Below, piece after piece: positions 9,392 through 18,453 of a stretch of DNA of 30,644 bases. Position numbers and translations under genes: made by a program. This stretch comes from a virus. Its lineage: Duplodnaviria > Caudoviricetes. Position 1 is the stretch's first letter, and the number at the start of each line of letters is the position of its first letter. Where the stretch lies: IMG/VR virus record IMGVR_UViG_3300020045_018668, positions 1 through 30,644 of that record. One strand, 5' to 3'. The notes under the pieces are model-generated. The model ran no database searches. It saw nothing but the letters and a program-made list of their open reading frames with translations, and had not been told where the DNA came from.

Positions 9392-9798
9392 AGGGTGGAG
9401 GCGTTCAAAGCGCTGGCCGTCTGGATCACGGCACCAGGCGTGAAGGCCGGGAGTTGTTTCGCGTCCAGGCTCTGTTCGCCATCGGCAATGGCCTTCAGGC
9501 GGCGGCGAAATTCGGTGGCGCGCTCGGCATAGGGATTTTTCTCATCCGGCCCCGAGCGGCGGCGCTCATAAATCTTTTCACAAACAAAAATCAGGGTGGC
9601 CTCGGTCACCAACTTGGGAACGGGCTCAAAGGGCACCACAAATCGCCCGGCCAAAAACCCATCCACGGCTTCCCCGGCGGAAGCGATCAGGCGGGCCAGC
9701 AAGCCGTCATCGGCATTGCCATCGCCATCATCGTCCAATGCGGCGCGCAAGCGCGGCTCGCTGAACTCGTCTTCGACTTGTTGGGGGCTGAGATACAT
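9388..9798 (-). CDS. Mu gp36-like head-tail adaptor (DUF1320)
   Basis: MY.S......F...L...LDDDG.G..D....I..A...VDGFL.GRF.VP...P pattern. Confidence 0.85.
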   Translation of the reverse strand: MYLSPQQVEDEFSEPRLRAALDDDGDGNADDGLLARLIASAGEAVDGFLAGRFVVPFEPVPKLVTEATLIFVCEKIYERRRSGPDEKNPYAERATEFRRRLKAIADGEQSLDAKQLPAFTPGAVIQTASALNASTL

Positions 9799-9904
9799 GG
9801 GGGATTTTCAGAGAACGGCGCGGCGGAAATGCACAACCACCGCGCCGTCAGTTTGACAACCACGCGTCCGCGTCATGACGACGTGGCCGCAAAAGCGTGG
9901 ACGG

Positions 9905-10369
9905 CTACGGAACCACCAATTGATACACGTTGGTTTTGGTCGAGCTGTTCCCGGAATCAGCAGGGGCAACCTGTTGGATGCGCAGATAGCGGTTCACATC
10001 CGGCGGGATGGGGAATTTGATGACTGTAGCGGTGTTGGTGGCCGCGCTGGCGCCAACAATCTGGCCTTGGATCAGCGGCGAGGTGACTGTCCAGGTGGAA
10101 TTATTGGTGGAGGTTTGGAGAATAAACGTCAGCGTGGTGGCGGCGTTGGTGGCGTTGGGCAGCAGGGGAATAGTCGCCCGGATAAAGGCGGTTTCCCACA
10201 GCGTGCTGGTTTCCGCGTTCCCCAGATCGAGGGCTGCAGTGTAATTCGTGGCACCGGCCACGGCGTTGGTCTGGCTGACCTTGAGGTTGGAATCATCCGA
10301 GCCGAAGCTCGAAAACGCCGGCAGCAAACCGAGCGCGGCCAGCAAGAGAAGGGAATAAATAGTTTTCAC
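9905..10369 (-). CDS. Capsid cement/decoration protein (Bbp16-like) with signal peptide
   Basis: Directly after the capsid gene; ALDLG...LQTS..NSTW...IP....RYLRI pattern; N-terminus MKTIYSLLLLAALGLLPAFSSFG (GTG start). Confidence 0.7.
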   Translation of the reverse strand: MKTIYSLLLLAALGLLPAFSSFGSDDSNLKVSQTNAVAGATNYTAALDLGNAETSTLWETAFIRATIPLLPNATNAATTLTFILQTSTNNSTWTVTSPLIQGQIVGASAATNTATVIKFPIPPDVNRYLRIQQVAPADSGNSSTKTNVYQLVVP

Positions 10370-10415
10370 GGGATAAAATATTTGGTGGGGAGTTGGGGTT
10401 TGGTTAAAAAGATTG

Positions 10416-10444
10416 CCGGGAGCGCCGGCGGGCGGCGCTCCCGG
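10416..10444 (-). terminator. GC-rich stem-loop after the capsid gene (partial terminator or mRNA stabiliser)
   Basis: CCGGGAGCGCCG-N5-CGGCGCTCCCGG, perfect 12 bp stem, followed on the - strand by CAATCTTTTT. Confidence 0.55.
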
Positions 10445-10450
10445 AAGTGA

Positions 10451-11362
10451 TCAGATGGCTTCGGCGTTATTGAGGAAGCGAGTGACTTGGATCGGAATGC
10501 CCTCGAAGTCGCGCGGCAGCGGAGCCGGGCGGCCTTCGACGTTGGTGGCGGTGCGGCTGGAGCGCAGTTGCTCGGCACTGCGGCCGTTCATGAAGATGTG
10601 CGTGGGCATGAAACCCATGTCGTTGCACAATTCCAAGCCCTGATACATGAGGGCGTCGGTGAGCTTCTTGCCGGCGTCATCACCGACCTTCTTGATGCGG
10701 ACGGCACGATTGCGATTGGCCAGGCGCATACCGAGCGCGCCGTGGACCCAGTTGGACAGGCCGGGGTAAGCCTTGTCTTCGTCGTCATACAGGGTTTCTT
10801 CCTTCCAGTCGGAATCCATGTAGATGAGGTTGCCGTTGCCCGGAAGCCATTCGATGGAGTTCCGGCCGAGGCCCATGAACCAAACGCTGGTGGGGTTGGC
10901 CCCGCCCACGTCGATCTGGTGGGCGGCATCCTTGGACGCCTGGGCGATCATGCCGATGAAGCCCTTGGCATCGTTGCCCACGCCATACCAGAACTGCCGG
11001 CAGGCCAGATCCAGCGCGGCTTCCAAAACCGGCATCGCGCGGTCGGACAGAAATTTTCCCTTGTTCTTAGCCCGTAGCGCCAACTGGGCATCCGCGGTGA
11101 TGGGCGTGTCCAGGATGCCGAGGTTGAAGGTGCGGTTGGCAAACTCGCCATTCACGGCATCGCTGCCGCCGTTGAAATCGCGGAACCCAACGGTGGGGAG
11201 CGACGTGAGGACTTCCAGCTTGATTTCCGTGCCGAGAATCGGATCGGCGCTGGGCACAAGTTGGAGCTCGGGCCGCATGCCCGTAATGGCTTCGACCACG
11301 AGGTCGGAACCGGGCGCTTCGTTGGCCTTGGCCAGATCGAGCAGGGTGACAATACCTTTCAT
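10451..11362 (-). CDS. Major capsid protein (BPP-1/epsilon15-like HK97 fold)
   Basis: TLLDLAK, T.LPTVGFRDFN.G, F.GIPI......NAE motifs; follows the protease/scaffold gene. Confidence 0.85.
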   Translation of the reverse strand: MKGIVTLLDLAKANEAPGSDLVVEAITGMRPELQLVPSADPILGTEIKLEVLTSLPTVGFRDFNGGSDAVNGEFANRTFNLGILDTPITADAQLALRAKNKGKFLSDRAMPVLEAALDLACRQFWYGVGNDAKGFIGMIAQASKDAAHQIDVGGANPTSVWFMGLGRNSIEWLPGNGNLIYMDSDWKEETLYDDEDKAYPGLSNWVHGALGMRLANRNRAVRIKKVGDDAGKKLTDALMYQGLELCNDMGFMPTHIFMNGRSAEQLRSSRTATNVEGRPAPLPRDFEGIPIQVTRFLNNAEAI

Positions 11363-11420
11363 GATGTTATGGGGTCAGGGGTTGCGTTGTTTTTTTTGAA
11401 ACGATGATTATAGCGCGTGA

Positions 11421-12023
11421 TTATTTGGTCCAGATTTCGGCCGTGTTCACCGCGCAGCCGTTCTCGTCTTTCTTGGCAGCGCCGGTGCCGGCGCGACGAG
11501 CTGCCAACGTGACCGTGACGGGCGTGTTGGCCTTGAGAATTTGCAGGGTGCCGAGATCGAGCTTCTTCAACTCGTCGGCGGTGTAGGCCGTGCCATCCGC
11601 CTTGAGGGGCACCTTGCCATCCGCGCTGAAGGTTTTAACGAGCGCTTCCACGGCGGTCTCGGTGCCGAGTTTTTCGGCATCCGTAAGCGTCTTTTCCAGC
11701 TTATCCAAGCGGGACAGCGCCTTGACCAGATCCTCGGCGCTGAAGGTCTTGGTCTGGCCATCAATGGTGGCCGAGAGGGTGGCGATCTGCTTGGTGCCGG
11801 CGTCCTCCATCTTCTTGAGGCGGGCATCCAGCGCGGTGACCTCACCAGGCACGACGAGCTTGCCATCCTGGATCACGCCAGAGAGGGAAACGATTTTGCC
11901 ATCCTTGATCACGAGGACCGAAGAGAGGGTGGCGATGAGACCGAGGCGTGCGAGCACGTCCTCCCGTTTGGCGTCGGCCGCAAGGCCGAGGATTGGAGCA
12001 AGCTCCGATGCTTTAATAGGCAT
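11421..12023 (-). CDS. In-frame internal scaffold protein (Mu gpZ-like)
   Basis: Internal ATG (MPIKASELA) preceded by AACCAACCAACCCCAATAAT, resembling the leaders of other genes here. Confidence 0.55.
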   Translation of the reverse strand: MPIKASELAPILGLAADAKREDVLARLGLIATLSSVLVIKDGKIVSLSGVIQDGKLVVPGEVTALDARLKKMEDAGTKQIATLSATIDGQTKTFSAEDLVKALSRLDKLEKTLTDAEKLGTETAVEALVKTFSADGKVPLKADGTAYTADELKKLDLGTLQILKANTPVTVTLAARRAGTGAAKKDENGCAVNTAEIWTK

Positions 12024-12533
12024 ATTATTGGGGTTGGTTGGTTCGGTTGCTGAAAAAAATTGCAGGCCCGTGATGGAGCCGTTGGGGGTAAGGGCCACGG
12101 AATGAATCATCGTCACTTCGCCGGCTTCATCCAGGAGCGCGGGGGAAAGGTCTTCAAAATTCTTGGCGTGCTGCACGCCGAGCGGCGTCCAGGTGACTTC
12201 TTCCAGGTAAATGCCGTCGCCCTCAATCGGGTTAACACGGCCGTAACCAAAGATCAGCGGAGGCTGGCCGGCCTTCATCAATTCCGCGTGCGTGTCCGTG
12301 CCCGGAACCGTGCAGTGGTTGAAGTCAATCGCCACCCGCTCAAATCCGGCCTTGAGCTGATTCGCAGACAACTGCGCGGAGGTTTTGTTACCGGCGGTGT
12401 AGGTGCCCTTGGTGGATTCGTTCTTGCCCCAGGCGAACACTTTTAACCGCGCCGGCAGCGCGGCCCCCTTAAGGGCACCATTGCTGATGCGGAAAATTTT
12501 TATGGACGCGGCGTCAATCACTGGCCGCATCAT
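11421..12533 (-). CDS. Mu gpI-like prohead protease with C-terminal scaffold
   Basis: AIDFNH, VTWTP.G, LSPA, IHSVALT..G motifs; start taken at ATG 12533 (12530 or GTG 12563 possible). Confidence 0.85.
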   Translation of the reverse strand: MMRPVIDAASIKIFRISNGALKGAALPARLKVFAWGKNESTKGTYTAGNKTSAQLSANQLKAGFERVAIDFNHCTVPGTDTHAELMKAGQPPLIFGYGRVNPIEGDGIYLEEVTWTPLGVQHAKNFEDLSPALLDEAGEVTMIHSVALTPNGSITGLQFFSATEPTNPNNMPIKASELAPILGLAADAKREDVLARLGLIATLSSVLVIKDGKIVSLSGVIQDGKLVVPGEVTALDARLKKMEDAGTKQIATLSATIDGQTKTFSAEDLVKALSRLDKLEKTLTDAEKLGTETAVEALVKTFSADGKVPLKADGTAYTADELKKLDLGTLQILKANTPVTVTLAARRAGTGAAKKDENGCAVNTAEIWTK

Positions 12534-12554
12534 TTCATGCGGGCGGTAAAAGCG

Positions 12555-12705
12555 TAAGCGCACCCCGCCAAGAGCGCCTATACCGCGTGAATTTTATGGG
12601 GAGGGGGAAAACTGGAAGCCGGAAGCTATCTAACCACCAAGATGCCCAAACACCAAGAAAAATCAAACACCCATCCGAAGCCTGAAACCTGAAACCCGGA
12701 ATTTA
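12555..12705 (-). promoter_or_regulatory. Duplicated ~150 bp late regulatory element, copy 1 (upstream of protease/capsid operon)
   Basis: Shares TAAGCGCACCCCGCC, TTTATGGGG, GAAGCCGG, ATCTAACCAC and CACCAAGAAAAATCAAACACCCA with 20309-20465. Confidence 0.7.
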
Positions 12706-13176
12706 TTTCATCTGCCGTTCCAGCGCGCGCTGGCCGGCGCGGGCAATCAGTTCCTCGGCCTTGGGCGTGAGTTTATGATCTTCCACCTGGAAGAACGGAC
12801 GGGCGGGAATATTGGCCGCTTCGCGTCCAAACTGATGCGTGGCCGCATAGATGGTGGGGTTGCTGACCTTGGCGGAACTGGCATCCACCTCCAAATGGAA
12901 ACTCCGCGCCAGGATATTATTTAGTTGCAACGCGCTCGGCTCGCCAGCAAATCGCGGCCCAGGTGCCGCGCCTTTTTTTCGCTGGTCACGCTTTAGTTTA
13001 GGCCAGGACTTGGGCCGATACGCCGCGCCGGCATCGTTGAAATTTCCCATGGTAAGGCCCATAAAGGTGGTGCCCATCGTGCGCAAGACCGGCTCGGGAT
13101 TTTTGGCGGCTTTGACCATCCGCGTGAGCCGGGGCGAAATATCATTCCGCGTGATTTTAAAATTGAATCCGGCCAT
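12703..13176 (-). CDS. Mu gpG-like virion morphogenesis protein
   Basis: YAATHQFG and IPARPF motifs. Confidence 0.88.
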   Translation of the reverse strand: MAGFNFKITRNDISPRLTRMVKAAKNPEPVLRTMGTTFMGLTMGNFNDAGAAYRPKSWPKLKRDQRKKGAAPGPRFAGEPSALQLNNILARSFHLEVDASSAKVSNPTIYAATHQFGREAANIPARPFFQVEDHKLTPKAEELIARAGQRALERQMK

Positions 13177-13202
13177 ACAATTTATGTTTTACGAATGACG
13201 AT

Positions 13203-14018
13203 TTACGATTTTGCCAGACGATCCCACAAGGTTTTGCCCTCGGCGACCTGGGTGGCGCGGGCCTTGGCCTCGAACTGCGCGAAAATTTCCGGATCATATT
13301 TGGCGCGCAGATCAGTCACGGAAAGATTCAAATCGTTCGGGTGCCAGCGGAAGGCGTTGGGATCCTCCGGCGGGCTGACATCGTGCCGGCGGCCATCGCG
13401 CATGAGGGTGCCGTTGCGCAATTGCGTGAGCGCCGGGCCTTCGATCACGTTTTGATCCTCAGGATTATTGGCGGCGTCACCCTGAGCGCGGGCTTCAGCC
13501 ACCAGATCGGGATTCATGGGCCGGAAATAACAGACGCAGCCCAGATGGCCCCACGGCCCGGTGTGGGTTTCCCAAAACGGATCATTTTTTGGCAGGATCA
13601 CGCCGTTGAGGGCGAGATGGCTCTCGGTGGGCACCTTGCATTCGCCGTGCAGATATTGGAGGTGCGTGGTGTCCTCATCCGCCTGGGCCACGCGATAGAC
13701 GCTGGCGCTGAATGCCTGGAATCCATTCACCCGCAAAATCATTTCGGAGCGGATCTCCGCGCCGTCGCCCAGGAAAGGATCCAACTGATCTACGATGTCC
13801 TGTTTAGCCTGGTCCCAAGTTTGATCGCCCAGCGCGATCCCCGCGATGCTGTCGCGGACGCTTTGCAGGACGTTGGCGCCTTGGATCCCCGAAATGGTGA
13901 AGACGCGCGAGCGGATCTCCGGCAGCATGGCGCGGAAAACCTTACCCGTTACGACCGGTTTCCCGGCAATGAGCGCCGCCGCTTCCATATGCGGTGAGGG
14001 GGTGAAAGTGGCGTCCAT
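13203..14018 (-). CDS. Mu gpF / SPP1 gp7-like head morphogenesis protein
   Basis: FTISGI, H.ALNG.ILP.NDPFW.TH.GP...GC.C motifs. Confidence 0.88.
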   Translation of the reverse strand: MDATFTPSPHMEAAALIAGKPVVTGKVFRAMLPEIRSRVFTISGIQGANVLQSVRDSIAGIALGDQTWDQAKQDIVDQLDPFLGDGAEIRSEMILRVNGFQAFSASVYRVAQADEDTTHLQYLHGECKVPTESHLALNGVILPKNDPFWETHTGPWGHLGCVCYFRPMNPDLVAEARAQGDAANNPEDQNVIEGPALTQLRNGTLMRDGRRHDVSPPEDPNAFRWHPNDLNLSVTDLRAKYDPEIFAQFEAKARATQVAEGKTLWDRLAKS

Positions 14019-14030
14019 ACAATTGAAGTT

Positions 14031-14120
14031 TCAATGGCAGCCGCCGTGCGTGCATCCGTAGGTAGTGCAGATAATCAGCACGATCCATGTTATCATCTCG
14101 CAGATGTCCCGGGATTTCAT
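14031..14120 (-). CDS. Small hydrophobic Cys-containing peptide (29 aa)
   Basis: MKSRDICEMITWIVLIICTTYGCTHGGCH; ATG directly after the portal stop, fills the gap to gpF. Confidence 0.45.
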   Translation of the reverse strand: MKSRDICEMITWIVLIICTTYGCTHGGCH

Positions 14121-15719
14121 TTAGCTCTTCCCCTTGACCGCGCCGGTGGCGGCGCAGACTTGCAGCGCCTCTTCCAAGACCGCATGGACGCGCTGGGGTT
14201 GCCAATCGGCGTAAAAAGTTTTTAGCCGGGCCTCGGCCTCGGCGGGGGTGCGGCTGGTGAGGATGATTTCCTTGACCGGCGCGAGCGCCCCGCGAAACGC
14301 CTGGGCCAGCGCGGCGGAATGTTTGGCCACGATGGAGTCAATCGGCGTGGGCGCATTGGCCGTGGCGGCGAACACGGTAAAGGGCGTGAACGGGGCCGCG
14401 CCGGGCAGGGTGGCCGGGGCAGCCGCTCGCTCCCACGTTAGGCCAGTGCGCTCATTGATGGTGGGTAGGGAGGCTTCCGCCGGCTGGAGCCCGGCCTCCT
14501 TCATCGTCTTGAGCATTTCGGCAAAGCTCTTGGCGTCGCCCACGCTCAGGCCGCCAAAGACGAATTTAACACGACCCGTCAAACCATTCACCTGGGCAAA
14601 GGGCTTGGCGATCTGGCTGACGCACGTTTCCGCCAGCAACATCTGATCACACATCCGCACATCCTCGCGGACGTTGGAAACGAAATTATTTTCACCCGAG
14701 TTCAAGCCGCCGGGCTTTTGCGAACTGCGCAGGCCGGTGATGTGAAAACTGATCGCCTCGTTGCAAAGATTAAAGAACGCCTCGTAGCCCTGGGCCATTC
14801 CGGTGACCATGGCTTCCTTCAATTCAATGCGGCTGGATTCATCCACTACCAAGCCGCCAATCTTTTTGGCCAGGTCAAACGCCTCTTCCAAAAACTTGAC
14901 GGCGGAGGCATCCGTGGCGTCGGTATAACCCACGGGGAAAGGCGAACCGTAGCGTTCCATGCCGCTGGCGAACCATTGCCGGCCCAACCCGCGGAACAGC
15001 CACCAAAGCAGGATGGCCCGGAACGGCCCGCCCCAGTTATCGCGGAACTGGGTGAGCAAATGGCCGCGATGCACGATGTGCCGCGCCGGATCCAGCGGCT
15101 CGGCCAGGGTCATGTCGTAAACAAATTTACCCTCGCTATCCACCGACCAAAGTTTGATCCACGGCTCCCACAGCGCCTCATCCGCCACCACGCCGGCCTG
15201 GTAGGCCCATTTATAGCAAAGTTGCTGCATGTTGACGGGCGCAAATTTCTTGAGCGTGTATTGCAGCCGGGGTTCGCCGGGGCGCGGTTCATCTGCCGCC
15301 CGGAAAATGCGCTCGATCACGCTCACCGGCCAAAGCGACCCGTCCATGATGGCGAGCAGGCCGGCATTCCAATTTTCGCAATCGCTCTTGGCGCGGGCCA
15401 GGGCCACGGCCAGGGCCACGTCCTCCGCATTGTTTTTGTCCTCGGGCAGGATCGTGAGCGGCTGGGAGATAACGGCGAGTTTCCGCGTATTGAAGCAAGA
15501 TTGAATATGATCGTCACTCAACATCACGTCACGATAAAATTGAAAGAGCTTCTTGGTATCGCCATTTTCCGCGAAGCGGATGGCGGACTGCACATCGCTA
15601 ACCGTGGCATTGGCGGTGACGTTGGTCATTTCAATCCGCGGCGAAGGCGCCCGCCGCACTTCTTCCGGGGCGGCACCGAAAGCCACGATGGTTTTTCCAA
15701 AAAGTTTGAGTTCTTTCAT
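14121..15719 (-). CDS. Portal protein (DUF935, Mu gp29-like)
   Basis: D.HIQSC..TRKLAV and W....ERYG.P..VG motifs. Confidence 0.9.
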   Translation of the reverse strand: MKELKLFGKTIVAFGAAPEEVRRAPSPRIEMTNVTANATVSDVQSAIRFAENGDTKKLFQFYRDVMLSDDHIQSCFNTRKLAVISQPLTILPEDKNNAEDVALAVALARAKSDCENWNAGLLAIMDGSLWPVSVIERIFRAADEPRPGEPRLQYTLKKFAPVNMQQLCYKWAYQAGVVADEALWEPWIKLWSVDSEGKFVYDMTLAEPLDPARHIVHRGHLLTQFRDNWGGPFRAILLWWLFRGLGRQWFASGMERYGSPFPVGYTDATDASAVKFLEEAFDLAKKIGGLVVDESSRIELKEAMVTGMAQGYEAFFNLCNEAISFHITGLRSSQKPGGLNSGENNFVSNVREDVRMCDQMLLAETCVSQIAKPFAQVNGLTGRVKFVFGGLSVGDAKSFAEMLKTMKEAGLQPAEASLPTINERTGLTWERAAAPATLPGAAPFTPFTVFAATANAPTPIDSIVAKHSAALAQAFRGALAPVKEIILTSRTPAEAEARLKTFYADWQPQRVHAVLEEALQVCAATGAVKGKS

Positions 15720-15871
15720 ACGGGGGTGGGATATGGGTCTGAGTTGCAGTTTGACCGGGCCGCCAGAATCAAACCGCCGCGCTTCGCGGACGGGTAGGCG
15801 CGTTTAGCGGGGTTGGGGGCGGGTCTTGAGCCCGCCGAAACGTCCTGGGGCATTTTAGGCGGGGTCCTCAT
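15716..15871 (-). CDS. Possible 51 aa coupling ORF between terminase and portal
   Basis: ATGA overlaps at both ends; low-complexity product. Confidence 0.3.
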   Translation of the reverse strand: MRTPPKMPQDVSAGSRPAPNPAKRAYPSAKRGGLILAARSNCNSDPYPTPV

Positions 15872-17490
15872 AGGCTGGAAATGGTCGCCGGGGATCCGCC
15901 GGAGGGCATCCTTCCGGGTAGCAAGGTCCGGCCCTTGTTGCCGGTCAAAGCGGCCAGCGCTAGTTTTGTTGAATCGAAGGTATCGCCATGCCGGCCCATG
16001 ACATCGGGTTCGCAAACAAACTGGCCGCGTTCCTTTTTAACGAGCCGGAAATCTTCGCGGATATAGCGGGCGGCGGGCAGGGTCAGCCGATTGTCTTCCA
16101 GTTCCGCCACCAACTGTTCTCCAAGTTGCTGTTTGCGCGTGATATTGGGCAGGCCGGGCCGGGCCACGGTCTCGCTGGAAACCACGAGGTCAACGAAGAC
16201 CTCGCCGCGCAGTTGCTTGCGGACATCCGCCGCAAAATAGCGTTCGTTAGTGGAATCAATGCAGAGCCGCCGGGCGCGGCCGCCCGCCTTGCGGTCCTTG
16301 ACCGCATTCAAGATGAGTTGCAGCCGTTCCAACGCAGTGGCGGGGTCGGCGGTTTTCCAGATCAAGATGGCGCGGGCGATGGAATCATTCCCGATCCGCT
16401 CCATCACGGTGAGAGCGGAGGGATTGCTCGTTTGTTTTTCCGTGGTGGCGGTATCCCAACCCAAACCGACCTGCCCTTCGCCGAGATGATCCTTGAGCCA
16501 AAGGGCAGCGCGGTCCAGATCGGCATCAGCTTCGATCTGAAAAAATTCGCAGGGCAGTTCGCCGCCCGGCTGGCCGCGCTGCTGGGCGTTCTCCAACAAC
16601 AGCAGCGAGACCGCCGCCGTGCCGCCAATGACGAATTTGACGCCGTAGTTGCGATCCCAGGCATCCTTGTTGTGATCGCGCTGGCGGGATTCATCCGGGC
16701 TGATCTCCGCGCCGGTGTCATCATCGTAGAGTTTCACGCCATCGGCGGCGGCATCCCAGGCGGTGACGCGGCGCACAAAGACGCCCAGCTCGCTCCGGTA
16801 AGTGTGGCCGGCCGGGTTGGCCGGAGGATTCCACCCAATGGGCGGGGCTAGAAGCTCGAAGGAATAATGCGTGTCATCCGGCGGCGGCGTGGTGGTGAGC
16901 AAACAGCGGAACTCACGATTGGAGGAGATGATCGGTTTGACGGCTTCCCACACGGCGAGAAAGTTTTTGACGCGGCCGACTTCATCCAAGATCAAATCTC
17001 CGGTTTCCCCAACGGCATCGGGCGTGAGGGCCACCACCTTGGTGCGCGAATAGATCGTCTTGGAATGGTAGAGTCGGAACTCCAACCGCTGCGCCTCGTA
17101 AAGCTCCGCGAAATCGGCCGGGGTGATTAGTTTGGCGCGGTCGCTGGCCAGCTTGGTATCCACCATAGCCTCGGGCTTGAGCACTTTGCCTGTGGATTCA
17201 TCCACCATCGCGAGATCCATCTTGGCGGTGGCCGCCAGCGCGGTGATCATCTGAAACGCGCGGCTCATCTGCTCGCTTTCCTTGCGGACAATTTCCCGGC
17301 CCAAGTCCAGTTTAACCGAACCGAACACCACGGTATGACCGGCCGTGCGCATCATTTTTTTCAACGAGATGCGCGAGGCGTTGGTGGTCTTGCCGTATTG
17401 CCGGCGCGTCAGCAGTGCGGAGATGCGATGCTGATCAATGTCGCGTTCAAAAGCCACTTGCCCGGCCCTGGGTTGGTAGGTGGCAGCCAT
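15868..17490 (-). CDS. terL: Terminase large subunit (Mu gp28-like)
   Basis: RRQYGKT Walker A, LILDE Walker B, nuclease motifs GWD, IDST, HGDTFDS; start reassigned to ATG 17490. Confidence 0.9.
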   Translation of the reverse strand: MAATYQPRAGQVAFERDIDQHRISALLTRRQYGKTTNASRISLKKMMRTAGHTVVFGSVKLDLGREIVRKESEQMSRAFQMITALAATAKMDLAMVDESTGKVLKPEAMVDTKLASDRAKLITPADFAELYEAQRLEFRLYHSKTIYSRTKVVALTPDAVGETGDLILDEVGRVKNFLAVWEAVKPIISSNREFRCLLTTTPPPDDTHYSFELLAPPIGWNPPANPAGHTYRSELGVFVRRVTAWDAAADGVKLYDDDTGAEISPDESRQRDHNKDAWDRNYGVKFVIGGTAAVSLLLLENAQQRGQPGGELPCEFFQIEADADLDRAALWLKDHLGEGQVGLGWDTATTEKQTSNPSALTVMERIGNDSIARAILIWKTADPATALERLQLILNAVKDRKAGGRARRLCIDSTNERYFAADVRKQLRGEVFVDLVVSSETVARPGLPNITRKQQLGEQLVAELEDNRLTLPAARYIREDFRLVKKERGQFVCEPDVMGRHGDTFDSTKLALAALTGNKGRTLLPGRMPSGGSPATISSL

Positions 17491-17491
17491 T

Positions 17492-18175
17492 TCAGGGGGC
17501 GGGCTTCCAGGTTTCGCCAAACATCAATTGGCCGAGGCGTTCAATCTTGTCGGCGTTGGTGCTCTCGCTGTTGGCCACGTCCAGCGCGGTTTTTTCCGTG
17601 TGCCATTTAATAAACAGGGCACAGGTTTCCCGCTGATATTTCTCGCGGGCGAGGGCCAGTTCCTCATCCTTTTGCGCCAGCTTCTTTTCGTTCTGCGCCA
17701 GGCGCACGTCGTTTTGCTCGCTGGTGCGGAGGCTGCCCAGCGCGCCGGCGATGGCCACGAGGGCATCGGCGCTCAGTTGCTTGGGATCGTCCTTTTCGCC
17801 GGCCGATTTTTCGATGGCCTCATCCAACGTCTCCAGCAGTTCCAGCAGCTTGCCGCTGGCGATGGCTTGAGCGCCCTCGGTAATGCTGGCCCCGGCCGCC
17901 TTGGAATGCTGCGCGGCGTAGGTGGCCAGTTCCTTGGTGCGTTCGATGCGCTGACGGCTTTGCTGCCAGTCCACAAAGCCGCCGAGGCGCCAGTCGCTGA
18001 GGTTTTGATCATTGATGCGCAGCCCCTCAAAGTCCTCCTCCAGCCGGGCGATCACCTCCGGCAAGGCATTCAGCCAGGGCAGAATCTTGGCGCCGCTCTG
18101 GCCGTCCAGCAGCCGATGATTCAACTCCTCGCGAATCTTCAACGGGAGCCGGGCGATTTTTCCGGTGCGGGCCAT
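17492..18175 (-). CDS. Terminase small subunit (DUF3486, Mu gp27-like)
   Basis: GKIARLP..IREELN.RL.DG......I..WL N-terminus. Confidence 0.85.
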   Translation of the reverse strand: MARTGKIARLPLKIREELNHRLLDGQSGAKILPWLNALPEVIARLEEDFEGLRINDQNLSDWRLGGFVDWQQSRQRIERTKELATYAAQHSKAAGASITEGAQAIASGKLLELLETLDEAIEKSAGEKDDPKQLSADALVAIAGALGSLRTSEQNDVRLAQNEKKLAQKDEELALAREKYQRETCALFIKWHTEKTALDVANSESTNADKIERLGQLMFGETWKPAP

Positions 18176-18176
18176 A

Positions 18177-18449
18177 TCAGGGGTTCCTCTCGTATTGCAG
18201 CACGCCGGCGCTGGTGGCCGACCAATACCGGGAGGAACCCAGCGGGTCAGCCGTGGCCAGCGCCAGCGGCGGCGTGAAACCGCCCAGCAGCATCAAGGCG
18301 GCTTCCAGATCAGCGAGCTCAAACGGGAAATCCACTTCCTTTTTGACCGCATTCAGCAACTGGCGCGGGGCCAGCGCGGCGGGCGCGCGGATGGCCAGCG
18401 CCTGAAGCGCGGCGTGCCGCAGGTCCTCTTTTTGTTCGTGCGTGAGCAT
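18177..18449 (-). CDS. Mu gp26-like small winged-helix protein
   Basis: Start reassigned to ATG 18449 (MLTHEQKEDLRHAALQAL); position before the small terminase. Confidence 0.65.
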   Translation of the reverse strand: MLTHEQKEDLRHAALQALAIRAPAALAPRQLLNAVKKEVDFPFELADLEAALMLLGGFTPPLALATADPLGSSRYWSATSAGVLQYERNP

Positions 18450-18453
18450 AAAA

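Noticed and set aside
9815-9848. ACGGCGCGG...CCGCGCCGT stem after the cement gene as a terminator
   Set aside because: Long loop and no clear U-tract; too weak to call
654-11362. Diversity-generating retroelement, suggested by the BPP-1-like capsid
   Set aside because: No reverse transcriptase ORF and no TR/VR repeat pair noticed by eye
12555-12572. Sigma54 promoter in the duplicated element (TTGGCGGGGTGCGCTT on the - strand)
   Set aside because: Lacks the TGGCAC-N5-TTGC consensus, and the second copy reads TGGGCGGGG
14718-18277. Long + strand ORFs (359, 287, 265 aa) opposite the portal and terminase genes
   Set aside because: Antisense shadows of high-GC genes, with no recognisable motifs
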